Source: a virus (taxonomy: Duplodnaviria > Caudoviricetes). Taken from it: a DNA stretch of 27,442 nt. This document shows, in pieces, positions 1 to 7,905 of this stretch. Both the position numbers and the translations under genes were made by a program. The DNA lies in IMG/VR virus record IMGVR_UViG_3300043694_000009, positions 1 through 27,442 of that record. The stretch is one strand, 5' to 3'. Positions within the stretch are counted from its first letter, which is position 1. The number at the start of each line of letters is the position of its first letter. The notes under the pieces are model-generated. The model worked only from the letters and a program-made list of their open reading frames with translations. It did not search any database and was not told the DNA's origin.

Positions 1-537
1 TTGTCCTTGGTCAATAGAACCGGGACAAAAGCAGTTTACCCTGATGCCGTCCTTGCCCCACAGGGCGGCATAGTATCGGGTCATCCCGATGATCGAGTGC
101 TTCACCACCGAATAAGCCAGCGGCTTAAATTGGTTGCCGTATCGTTCCGGGTCTGGAGCCTTGTGGCTCAAGTCGGACCCGACATTGATAAACACCCCCT
201 TGGTGGCCTTGAGCGGGGCGTGGAACACCTTATGGCAAACGGCGGCTCCGGTAAGCCCGGTCTTTAAGTCGCTCTCTAGGAACCTCTGGGCATCGTCGGT
301 AGGCATCTGGTTGCCGATAGCGCAATTGATGACGCCGTGGACTTGGCCCTGATCTGCAACGTACCGCAGTGCAGCATAGTCGGTTAGCTCGATCCCCATG
401 TCCTTGACATCCACCGAGATGGGTTGCCCGCCAAGCTCCGAGATGGTCTTTCTCGCCACGGTGCCTAACAGCCCTTCGCTACCAACGACAACGATGCGCC
501 GGTCTTTGAGTGTGAATTGATCCACCACCAGACGCAT
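1..537 (-). CDS. Short-chain dehydrogenase/reductase, PtmA-like (3' end runs off the window; absent from the ORF track)
   Basis: Manual translation from ATG at 537: MRLVVDQFTLKDRRIVVVGSEGLLG...VINCA...FINVGSD...PLAYSVVKHSIIGMTRYYAALWGKDGIRVNCFCPG. Shows a GxxGxxG Rossmann motif, catalytic YxxxK and the SDR IRVNxxxPG motif; open for 179 codons to the window edge. Confidence 0.9.
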   Translation of the reverse strand, partial: MRLVVDQFTLKDRRIVVVGSEGLLGTVARKTISELGGQPISVDVKDMGIELTDYAALRYVADQGQVHGVINCAIGNQMPTDDAQRFLESDLKTGLTGAAVCHKVFHAPLKATKGVFINVGSDLSHKAPDPERYGNQFKPLAYSVVKHSIIGMTRYYAALWGKDGIRVNCFCPGSIDQGQ

Positions 538-553
538 TTGAGCGGGGGTCTTT

Positions 554-814
554 CTACAGGTCTGCGAACGTTCGTTCGCGTTTCACGAAAACGATGTAAT
601 CGGGATCGACCAACCGCTCGCCGATGCGTCCGGTTTCGAGGATGATTTTGGAGCCGTCGCGCAGCGCATCGACGCCCACGACCGTCACCCACGGATCGAG
701 GCCGTAGTTATCTGCCTCAAGATCGTAGATGTAGGCTTGCGTGTCGGGATTATCCCACAGCCATTGTGTCGTAACCTCAACGCGACCGGCTTGCTCTGCT
801 CGATAGTTGCTCAT
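554..814 (-). CDS. Hypothetical protein
   Basis: 86-aa ORF, AAGGA upstream of ATG, co-oriented with neighbours. Confidence 0.65.
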   Translation of the reverse strand: MSNYRAEQAGRVEVTTQWLWDNPDTQAYIYDLEADNYGLDPWVTVVGVDALRDGSKIILETGRIGERLVDPDYIVFVKRERTFADL

Positions 815-885
815 GGGGATTATCCTTCAACTGGTGGCGGGGAGGTTTCCCTGTTGCCTCGCAATCCGCCATAAACTGAGTGGCC

Positions 886-1089
886 TTATTCTCCAAGTCG
901 TCGGTACTCTGTCGGTAGATCACCCTGCATACCGATGGTGTTACAAAATGGGATTCGTTTCTCTACCGTTTCCAGCCAAACCGTATCCTCGCCAATCCTA
1001 ACCGGATACCAAGCGAACCAGCGGTGCCATTGTTGACGGGCCAGCCATCGCTTCATTCCTATATTCCGCCACTGCATAACCGGGGTCAT
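886..1089 (-). CDS. Hypothetical phage protein (WHRWFAWYPV motif)
   Basis: 67 aa; ATGA overlap with the upstream gene; WxxWFAWxPV...VWLE pattern typical of small phage proteins. Confidence 0.7.
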   Translation of the reverse strand: MTPVMQWRNIGMKRWLARQQWHRWFAWYPVRIGEDTVWLETVEKRIPFCNTIGMQGDLPTEYRRLGE

Positions 1090-1334
1090 CCTTCAAGTGC
1101 GTCGAGGGCAAATTTCCAACCGCCATTGTTGAACAGCGGGGCGGGATAGTTTCCAGCTTCGGCCAATTCCTTAAAGACCTCGACGCACCGTTCCAGCGCC
1201 GCCCGCAGCCGCGCGTTCTCAGCCTTTAGTTCTCGCTCGGTCAGGCAATAGCTGGCGACGACGCTTTGAAGGCGGGCAATTTCGTCTAGGATGCGCCAGC
1301 AGTATTCCTTCTCTGTCGCATTCGGTTCGCGCAT
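1086..1334 (-). CDS. Hypothetical coiled-coil phage protein
   Basis: 82 aa, LKAENARLRAALE heptads, AAGGGA upstream, coupled to the next gene. Confidence 0.7.
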   Translation of the reverse strand: MREPNATEKEYCWRILDEIARLQSVVASYCLTERELKAENARLRAALERCVEVFKELAEAGNYPAPLFNNGGWKFALDALEG

Positions 1335-1534
1335 TGCGGGGGTTTCCCTTTAGGGGCGATCTGCCCAACAGAGCGGTAAGCTACCGGCGAGAAATCCCGG
1401 TGTTAGATCGATGTCCCAAAACCAAAGCGCCAATCGCATAACGGCCTTTATTTACAGTCTGAGAGTTCAAGCTTTAAAGCTATGTAAACCTAAACTGTAC
1501 GCATGTCAATAAGTGTTATGTGAGTTTCAGATAA

Positions 1535-2047
1535 TCAGTGATAAGCCAAGACCGCTGGTCCTGTGTGCAACCAATCCCAAATGAACCACGCATGATTAAA
1601 CGAGGGTTGCCCGGTCGAGCCTTCGATCCATCTGATTCGCTTGGTCAGCACTAACTTTTTAGCGAACGGCGGTGAGTTGAAAAGATATTTGCGAGTCGCC
1701 GCGTGATCGTAATCGGTGCGCAACAGCATGGCGACAAAGCCCTTGCAATCGTCAGTCAGACAAAGAGCGTGAACAATAAATCTCTCGGCAAGCTCATAAG
1801 GTGGATTGGTGACGACGGCATCCCAAAGGGCGCGAGTAGTTAGAAAGTTAATGCCATCGGCTATGTCCGCACTCGATACTGAAAGACCGTGACGGCACAA
1901 TTCTAGTGCCATCTTGCCGGAACCAGCAGCGCATTCGTGAATGTGGACCTTGCGCGGGATATGTGGCACTAGTGCAGCCGTCACCCATTCGGGTGTCTGA
2001 TAGGCATCCCGCTCAATGCGGGCATATCCCGAATCACGCTGCGACAC
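1535..2047 (-). CDS. Phage DNA amino (N6-adenine) methyltransferase
   Basis: DAYQTP, SAM motif ECAAGSG, catalytic TNPPY and C-terminal HAWFIWD; GTG start overlaps the aminotransferase stop. Confidence 0.85.
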   Translation of the reverse strand: MSQRDSGYARIERDAYQTPEWVTAALVPHIPRKVHIHECAAGSGKMALELCRHGLSVSSADIADGINFLTTRALWDAVVTNPPYELAERFIVHALCLTDDCKGFVAMLLRTDYDHAATRKYLFNSPPFAKKLVLTKRIRWIEGSTGQPSFNHAWFIWDWLHTGPAVLAYH

Positions 2048-3080
2048 GACAATCCTGCCATCTATCGCACTGCCATTTAGCCTCTTCCAAGGTCTTGTAG
2101 TGCGTCTTGAACAGCATCAAGCGTTGCTGGAGATTGGCGGCTACAGGAGTGCCCAACAGGCCCCGGAAGTCTTTCAGGGCAGGCTCATTCTCCGGTAGCT
2201 GCGGCATGGCATAGAAGCCATCGCCACCAGCGCCGATGAATTCATTGTATCGAGCCTGCCAAGCCTCTTTAATCGGATTTACAAATGCCGCTGAATAAAA
2301 GCTGTTCTCGGCATCATAATCGTGTGGCTGGCACTGACAGCCAAAAGCGTTCTGCCACAGATAGCCGATCTCTTGCCTCAGCCAGATTTTATCTTGCGCT
2401 GTTTTGAGCGCAACCAAGCCGATCTCTGCCTGCGCTTCCGACATCCGGTAATTAAGTCCGATGGTATCAAAACGCTGGTATTCCGGATGTATTTCAGGGA
2501 CGCGGGTCTGCGAAGCTTCGGCTTCATAGTGCTTGTACCCCAACCCTGAGAATTTCCTTACGGCTTTGGCGATGTCTTTGTTCGATGTGAGGACCGCGCC
2601 GCCCTCTGACCCCGTTGTGATGTGCTTCTTTTTCTCGAAAGAGAAACAGCCGATGTCCGCTTTGGTCCCGGCGTGGACATCTTTATAACGTGCGAGCAAA
2701 GCTTGCGCACAATCCTCAATAGTGACAATTCCAAGGGGCCGACAGAGCTTGTTGATGCGGTCAATGTCGCAAGGTAATCCATGCAGTGCGACAGCAATAA
2801 CAGCGCGGGTCCTTGAGCCAGTAACTTTCTGGATCGTGGCATCGGTGACTAGCTGCGAATCTTTGTCGACATCAGCATAAACAGGTCGCGCTCCCGCATG
2901 GATGACCGCGAAAGCCACCATTGCGGGGCAGAGTGCCGGGATGACCACCTCACCATTTGTAACGCCAATAGCCTCAAGGGCCGAATGCAAAGCCGAAGTG
3001 CCAGAATTGACAGCAACCGCATAGTCACTCCCCACCATCGAGGCTAATCGCTTCTCGAATTCTGTTACGACGCTGCTCAT
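2034..3080 (-). CDS. DegT/DnrJ/EryC1/StrS-family PLP-dependent sugar aminotransferase
   Basis: AVNSGTSALH, IEDCAQ, FSFEKKKHITTGSEGG (PLP lysine loop), GLNYRMSE. Start placed at ATG 3080 (MSSVVTEFE) rather than 3200. Confidence 0.93.
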   Translation of the reverse strand: MSSVVTEFEKRLASMVGSDYAVAVNSGTSALHSALEAIGVTNGEVVIPALCPAMVAFAVIHAGARPVYADVDKDSQLVTDATIQKVTGSRTRAVIAVALHGLPCDIDRINKLCRPLGIVTIEDCAQALLARYKDVHAGTKADIGCFSFEKKKHITTGSEGGAVLTSNKDIAKAVRKFSGLGYKHYEAEASQTRVPEIHPEYQRFDTIGLNYRMSEAQAEIGLVALKTAQDKIWLRQEIGYLWQNAFGCQCQPHDYDAENSFYSAAFVNPIKEAWQARYNEFIGAGGDGFYAMPQLPENEPALKDFRGLLGTPVAANLQQRLMLFKTHYKTLEEAKWQCDRWQDCRVAA

Positions 3081-3717
3081 CGGCTTGCCTTTCTTTCCAT
3101 TCCGCATTCCGGAACCAATTGATCTGATATAGATCAGGGTTCTTAACAAACAGTTCATCGACGGCAGAACGCGGGGCCATATAGCCAAGCGTCCGGGCAA
3201 TCATGGCGATAAGGGCGTAGTCCTCTGGGTAATCGAGGGTAAGCCGCTGCGGATAAACGTGCGGGGCGGCATCCATAAGATTTCGTACACCCCCGGCTGG
3301 AGCGTCGAGGTTAAAAGTTGTCCCCATTCGCCCTGTGCCCGATTGAGAATTATAACTTGGGGTGACTTGCGATAGTCGCGCTTGCCTTGCAGCGTTAAAT
3401 GAATCCAGCACTGCATACGGATCAAAAAACGGATCATCACCGTCGAGACTATGAAACAGGCGTATATTATATTTAGTAGCGCACTCAAGTACCCGCGTTT
3501 CCACGTTATCTGGATCACCCTCAAATATATCAAGACACGATGTTTGCTCGTTAAAGACATCGTATTCCCCCCTTGGGACGCACAGATAAGGCATGAAGCC
3601 GAAGTGCTGGCAGCGCAACACCATATGCTCGATCACGCAGACATCACCGAGAGGCAGAAAGTGCTTTCCCGGCAATCGCTCTGAATTGGCTCTCGCCAGG
3701 ATAAAGCAGGGCATCAT
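3025..3717 (-). CDS. Cytidylyltransferase, NeuA/SpsF/KdsB family (CMP-nonulosonate synthetase-like)
   Basis: ILARANSERLPGK CTP-binding motif, DGDDPF, RLTLDYPEDY (SpsF-like). Confidence 0.9.
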   Translation of the reverse strand: MMPCFILARANSERLPGKHFLPLGDVCVIEHMVLRCQHFGFMPYLCVPRGEYDVFNEQTSCLDIFEGDPDNVETRVLECATKYNIRLFHSLDGDDPFFDPYAVLDSFNAARQARLSQVTPSYNSQSGTGRMGTTFNLDAPAGGVRNLMDAAPHVYPQRLTLDYPEDYALIAMIARTLGYMAPRSAVDELFVKNPDLYQINWFRNAEWKERQADEQRRNRIREAISLDGGE

Positions 3718-3866
3718 TCGCTTGGGTTGTCCAACTCATTGATGACTGCGCCAATCAACTCGCGCAGCTTTGTGCTTGAAGTATCGGCGCGAGCTTCGTG
3801 CAGGATGTCGCGCAGCTTAGTTTGCTCTGTTTTTGATTTCGGCTTTGATTTCGTTTGCTTTGTCAT
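3714..3866 (-). CDS. Small hypothetical protein (50 aa, absent from the ORF track)
   Basis: MTKQTKSKPKSKTEQTKLRDILHEARADTSSTKLRELIGAVINELDNPSE; GGGAG upstream; its stop overlaps the cytidylyltransferase ATG (ATGA). Confidence 0.55.
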   Translation of the reverse strand: MTKQTKSKPKSKTEQTKLRDILHEARADTSSTKLRELIGAVINELDNPSE

Positions 3867-4701
3867 TTTGCTCTCGCTCCCAATAGCGTAGCTTCCTCGC
3901 TACCGCTTTCTCTTCATCGGAGAATCGTTTCACTCCGTCGCCAGTAACAACGGGTATCTTGCGGATTATATCCACCATCATCTTGAAGCCGACCGGCTCA
4001 AGGCTGGCGGCTTGGTCTGAGCCATAGCTGGCGCGGTCCAAGGTGATATGCCGCTCGATGGCGACGGCCCCAAGGGCAGCGGCAATAACCGAAGGCGACA
4101 TCGAGGCTTCATGGCCGGAATAGCCCACCGGCAGATTGAAGGTCTTGCGCAGGGTTTCGATGCACTTGAGGTTTAGCTGATCCTCTGGGCAGGGATACAT
4201 GGCAACGCAGTGCATCAAGGTCAGCTTGTCATTGTTGAACCAATCGAAACGGGCGCGGGCAGCTTCGATGTCTTGAGCGGTACACATTGCCGTCGACATG
4301 AAAGTGGGCTTTTGTTCCTGCGCCACGGCATCGACAAAGTGGATTTCGTTCGCCATTGCCGAGGCAATCTTGTTCCAGGGGCAATCGTATCGCTTGAGGA
4401 ACTTGAGAGCTTGGATGTCCCACGCCGAGGCAAACCACGGTATTTCCTCGACCTCGCAATAGGTGGCGATCTCATCATATTGATTCTCGTTGAATTCCAG
4501 GCCGTATTTCTGTGCGCCAAGGGTCTTGCCCCAAGGCGATTCGCGCGGGCTGTCCAGCATCCCGTCATAGACGATCTCGACTGTGCGCTTCTGGAACTTG
4601 ACGGCATCGGCCCCGCACCACTTGGCGGCATCGATCAGCTTTTTGGCTTGCTCAACCGATCCGTTATGATTGATGCCGATCTCGGCAATGATGAAAGTCA
4701 T
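3817..4701 (-). CDS. neuB: N-acetylneuraminate/nonulosonate synthase (NeuB/PseI/LegI family), lacking the C-terminal SAF domain
   Basis: FIIAEIGINHNGS, GADAVKFQK, KIAS, HCVAMYP, GYSGHE, IERHITLDR, GSDQAASLEP. Confidence 0.96.
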   Translation of the reverse strand: MTFIIAEIGINHNGSVEQAKKLIDAAKWCGADAVKFQKRTVEIVYDGMLDSPRESPWGKTLGAQKYGLEFNENQYDEIATYCEVEEIPWFASAWDIQALKFLKRYDCPWNKIASAMANEIHFVDAVAQEQKPTFMSTAMCTAQDIEAARARFDWFNNDKLTLMHCVAMYPCPEDQLNLKCIETLRKTFNLPVGYSGHEASMSPSVIAAALGAVAIERHITLDRASYGSDQAASLEPVGFKMMVDIIRKIPVVTGDGVKRFSDEEKAVARKLRYWEREQNDKANEIKAEIKNRAN

Positions 4702-5207
4702 TCCGGTATCTCATCGTTCATTTCCTCTTGGCGTTCTTTGCGCTTGCCAGAAGAAATGTCAGCTTTGGTGATGTCAGTCTCGGCAATTATTCTCTCGGCA
4801 ATCGCTGATGCCTCTGCGCATTTGACGATAATGGCGGCAATCTGTTTGGGCGGCACTTGAAGCCAATCCGAGATCGTCATGCCTTCGATGCTCGATAGGA
4901 TTGTGTTGGTCATCCCATAGCGGCCCATGCGGTCGCTATCCTTGGGATTGGTAGGTGAGCGGGGCGGCGGGTCTTTGGCAACATCGGTGAGAAGGGTATC
5001 CATATTGAGATAGCCCTCTTCGGTTTCGTGGTAGGCAATCCTATAGGTGCCGTTCTGCTTGATCTTCTTGTAGAGCGTTATTGGCGCTGAGACTCGCCCA
5101 TATTGATTGCTGTCGCTCTTTAGTTCCTCGCAATTGAAAGCGAAGTATTTCCCCTTCGGGGGCCATACTTTCGTGACGAACACTTCGGCTTCGATGATGT
5201 TTGACAT
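4698..5207 (-). CDS. Hypothetical protein, possibly ssDNA-binding or recombination related
   Basis: 169 aa, GAGGT RBS, beta-rich N-terminus and acidic tail ending DEIPE (SSB-like tail); coupled to neuB by ATGA. Function is inferred. Confidence 0.6.
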   Translation of the reverse strand: MSNIIEAEVFVTKVWPPKGKYFAFNCEELKSDSNQYGRVSAPITLYKKIKQNGTYRIAYHETEEGYLNMDTLLTDVAKDPPPRSPTNPKDSDRMGRYGMTNTILSSIEGMTISDWLQVPPKQIAAIIVKCAEASAIAERIIAETDITKADISSGKRKERQEEMNDEIPE

Positions 5208-5254
5208 GGCTACCTCGTTAGATTAGTTGTTAATTACTGTCAACGGGAATTGTC

Positions 5255-5566
5255 ATGCCCCATTTAACCACCCACAGGACAAGACGCAAGAAGATTCATT
5301 CCGGCCTGATGCTCGCCTTGCAGGCTGCGGCGCACAAATATGACGGCGGCAAGCAGAAGTCCGGATCGACCTTGGCGAAGGGTGCCAAGTATCTGGCCGA
5401 GGGTCTGGGGTGCTATCCGCAGGCGATCTACAATTGGACCTATGTGCCGAGGAATAGGGTGATGATGGTGCATCGGCTGACCGGGGTGCCCTTGGCGGCA
5501 CTGGCCCCGGAATTGTTTGGCGGGCAAAAGAAGCTCAAAGGCAGGAAAGCCCGCCCCCATCTCTGA
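5255..5566 (+). CDS. Cro/YdaS-like HTH transcriptional regulator
   Basis: LAEGLGCYPQAIYNW..VP..RV..V..LTGVP...LAPELF is a Cro/YdaS pattern; divergent from the leftward operon. Confidence 0.8.
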   Translation: MPHLTTHRTRRKKIHSGLMLALQAAAHKYDGGKQKSGSTLAKGAKYLAEGLGCYPQAIYNWTYVPRNRVMMVHRLTGVPLAALAPELFGGQKKLKGRKARPHL

Positions 5567-5574
5567 GGGCGGGC
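5546..5574 (-). terminator. GC-rich hairpin between convergent genes
   Basis: GCCCGCCC (5549-5556) / GGGCGGGC (5567-5574), followed by a short U-run on the minus strand. Confidence 0.5.
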
Positions 5575-5579
5575 CAGTC

Positions 5580-6017
5580 TCAAATCCAGTAGCCATAGAC
5601 GCAGCGATCTCCGTCGCGTTGCGGATCGTGCGTATCGTGGATTACTCCGTCGATGACTGCGGTGTAGTGCTTGGATACCGCGACCACCAAGCGGCCCTTG
5701 GGTAGCTCGCCATCTCTCAGGTGGACCTGACATCCTGATCCGATGGTCATACACGGCACCCATCTAAAGCCGAGGCCGCGCATGTAGTTCTTGAACCAGA
5801 AGCGTTTGGTATAGATGCCGTTTCTGGCTGACCGCTTGCCGCTGCTTTTGCGGCTGCGCTTGGTCGACCGCTGGTTCTGGTTGCCCAGAGCCAGGACCCC
5901 GTAGACTTCCTCGTAGGGCTTGCCGGTCACGATGGCGATGGCGCGACAGACGCAATCCCCGGCATCGCCCTTGTACCCGCTTGCGGCTCTGCCGCCGTCA
6001 TTGTATTGGTAGCGCAT
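5580..6017 (-). CDS. Conserved phage protein with DCVxRAI motif (possible Cys-His papain-like fold)
   Basis: GDCVCRAIAIVTGKPYEEVY ... SKHYTAVIDGVIHDT; AAGGGGG RBS. Confidence 0.75.
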   Translation of the reverse strand: MRYQYNDGGRAASGYKGDAGDCVCRAIAIVTGKPYEEVYGVLALGNQNQRSTKRSRKSSGKRSARNGIYTKRFWFKNYMRGLGFRWVPCMTIGSGCQVHLRDGELPKGRLVVAVSKHYTAVIDGVIHDTHDPQRDGDRCVYGYWI

Positions 6018-6038
6018 ATCGTTACCCCCTTCAGTGAT

Positions 6039-6072
6039 GCCCCCGGTGTGTGACCACCGGGGGCTTTCGTTT
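6039..6072 (+). terminator. Hairpin with U-rich tail (plus-strand intrinsic terminator or minus-strand leader hairpin)
   Basis: GCCCCCGGTG-tgtgac-CACCGGGGGC, a 10-bp perfect stem followed by TTTCGTTT. Confidence 0.6.
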
Positions 6073-6338
6073 CAGATGCCAGCCAGTGAGTCGTTCCAAG
6101 CCGCTTGCAGCTTGGCGTTACTCGGCTCGACCTTCTCAGGCTTTTTGGATTTGCGAGCTTTCATTTCCCGCTCGAAATCCTCTAGCCGCTTGACGGCTCG
6201 CTTCTTTGCGGCTTCCAGGTCTTTGATGACCGTGACCGCTCGATAGAGGCGCGAGTGCCATCTGAGGGATCGATGCTCCAACTCCGCGATTTGGACTTGA
6301 AGCTTGGCGATGTAAGTCCCTTGGGCTGGTGTGCCCAT
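6072..6338 (-). CDS. Hypothetical basic coiled-coil protein
   Basis: 88 aa, GGAG RBS upstream of ATG. Confidence 0.7.
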   Translation of the reverse strand: MGTPAQGTYIAKLQVQIAELEHRSLRWHSRLYRAVTVIKDLEAAKKRAVKRLEDFEREMKARKSKKPEKVEPSNAKLQAAWNDSLAGI

Positions 6339-6415
6339 GTGCGTTACTCCGATTCAGTTTTCAAACAGCCGCCGTGTGACCGGCGATGGACCGGCTCATT
6401 CCGATCCATGCACGA

Positions 6416-6451
6416 ATCATAGCACACTAACTTAAAGTTGTGTGGTCGACC
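6416..6451 (-). promoter_or_regulatory. Extended -10 promoter overlapped by an imperfect palindrome (possible operator)
   Basis: Minus strand TGcTATGAT at 6424-6416; plus strand CACACtAACT-taa-AGTTGTGTG inverted repeat immediately upstream. Confidence 0.4.
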
Positions 6452-6638
6452 GTTGTTTGATTGCCACATTCGCCCGCATGGTTATTGACTTTCCGGGCTG
6501 TGGATAATTTCTGGAGTGTAGAAGGTCCCCGCCAGGAGATACAACTTGCGCTATTTCTGGAACCGCAGCCGCATGGCTGTTGGGGATATGGTGCGACACT
6601 CTGCCGCAGTGGACAACTCAGGTTGTAATCGCTTTGGA

Positions 6639-6971
6639 CTACAGCTTTGCACCCCGGATATTGGCCGACATGGTTTGCCACGCTTCCATCTTGGCTTTGC
6701 AGGAATCCTTGAGCCAAGTCAGCTTGTGATCTTGCAGCACTGCCTCATGCAATCCCTTTAAGTGCATCTCATACCTTGGGTCTGCATACGCTTCGCGCTC
6801 CTGGGCTACGCCGCTCAGGGAAGGATGCTCCTTCATTATTTTTGCCACCAGGACCTTGGAGTAGCTCTCCAGATAAATCCTATCAGCGCGCGCCTGTGCG
6901 GCTTTGCTGGCATTGTCATGCAACCAGAACAGCGCAGTCTCGATCTCTTCGTCGGTGATGAAACCAGTCAT
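6639..6971 (-). CDS. Conserved helical phage protein (possibly UvsY-like)
   Basis: 110 aa from ATG 6971; AQEREAYADPRY..HL and EAWQTMSAN.R patterns. Function is inferred. Confidence 0.7.
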   Translation of the reverse strand: MTGFITDEEIETALFWLHDNASKAAQARADRIYLESYSKVLVAKIMKEHPSLSGVAQEREAYADPRYEMHLKGLHEAVLQDHKLTWLKDSCKAKMEAWQTMSANIRGAKL

Positions 6972-7044
6972 AAACCTTTTGCCCCGTTGCTCTGTGTCAG
7001 GATCGTGACTTAGAGTGTGTGCCCTACCAGAAAGGACACCGCCC

Positions 7045-7572
7045 ATGTCAGTCGAAGTAGAATTGAGAGAGCGTTACGCCCAAGCCCGCACCCGCCTGAT
7101 GAACCCTCAAGCCTCTGCTCCGGTCTTTCCTACCACCCCCGCCCCTTGTTCCCAAGACGTTCCCAACTTATCCCCACTGCCTCAGATTTATGTGGATTTG
7201 CGAATTTCTCTTCCGGAAATGCTGGAATACGTTGCCAACGCTGAAAACGTTCACATCACTGAGCTAAAAAGTCATTGCAGGACAGCGCACTTAAGTCTGA
7301 TTCGGCAAGTCTTTTATTACCTCGCCAAAAAGTATTGCCACACCAATCCAACCCAGATTTCCCGCTTCATAAACCGCGATCATACCACGGTGCTTTACGG
7401 CATCGGGAAGGTCGAGGATATGATGGTTAAGATGCCGTGGTGGCGAGAGTATTTCGATAATCACCATGTCATGCTTGGGCGCTTGTTCCCACGCACGATT
7501 TGCCCCTGCTGCGGCACCAAATTGACATCGGATAAAGAAAGGGCCGACTCTTGCGAATCGGCCCTACGCTAA
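7045..7572 (+). CDS. Protein with DnaA C-terminal (domain IV)-like HTH
   Basis: RQVFYYLAKKY..TNPTQISRFINRDHTTVLYG resembles the DnaA domain IV signature; AAAGGA RBS before ATG 7045; C-terminal CPCC. Confidence 0.85.
   Translation: MSVEVELRERYAQARTRLMNPQASAPVFPTTPAPCSQDVPNLSPLPQIYVDLRISLPEMLEYVANAENVHITELKSHCRTAHLSLIRQVFYYLAKKYCHTNPTQISRFINRDHTTVLYGIGKVEDMMVKMPWWREYFDNHHVMLGRLFPRTICPCCGTKLTSDKERADSCESALR
7533..7565 (-). terminator. Intrinsic terminator for leftward transcription
   Basis: Minus strand AGGGCCGAUUC-GCAA-GAGUCGGCCCU followed by UUCUUUA; GNRA loop, one G-U pair. Confidence 0.7.
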
Positions 7573-7599
7573 GGGGCAGCATATCAGTGTCAGTGACGA

Positions 7600-7905
7600 C
7601 AGACCCTAACTAGCCGACGACCTATTACGACTCAGGAAGCCATAGGCTGACCCGCCGACTTGCTAGGGTCCGATAGCCGGGAACATGACCGGCTTGGTTT
7701 ACAAAGTCAACCGACGCTACGCATGAAGCAGTAGCACGAACCTTCTAATCGTTCGATTGGTTTTAAGGTTCCGCCGTCAGATGAGGCATCGGGGCGCTGT
7801 ACCGGCTGACCGGCAGCATTCATCACCCGACAATCGAGCTTGCTGAGCGAGACTCAGGAGCATACCCTCGCCTTAGCTTAAGGCGAGGTTTGCCTCGCTC
7901 GATCT
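7600..7905. ncRNA. Candidate structured non-coding RNA or structured cis element
   Basis: Lies in a 476-nt intergenic gap with no ORF of 60 aa or more and contains many nested stems (see findings). Confidence 0.45.

Noticed and set aside
1-692. ORF-track calls 1-267, 134-352 and 465-692
   Set aside because: Shadows of the minus-strand SDR (1-537) and the 554-814 gene.
1335-1534. AT-rich gap with minus-strand TTGACA and a 29-codon ORF (MRLALWFWD...)
   Set aside because: No convincing -10 element at proper spacing and no support for the peptide.
4210-4860. 216-aa plus-strand ORF
   Set aside because: Antisense shadow of neuB with no motifs.
6546-6761. 71-aa plus-strand ORF with an AGGAG RBS before TTG
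   Set aside because: More than half overlaps the better-supported 6639-6971 gene antisense and it has no motifs; left uncalled.
7045-7572. Bacterial dnaA gene
   Set aside because: Only the domain IV-like HTH is present; there is no AAA+ domain.
7600-7905. tRNA, tmRNA or hammerhead ribozyme
   Set aside because: No cloverleaf with a proper T-arm and CCA end; CAGATGAG does not match the CUGANGA core.
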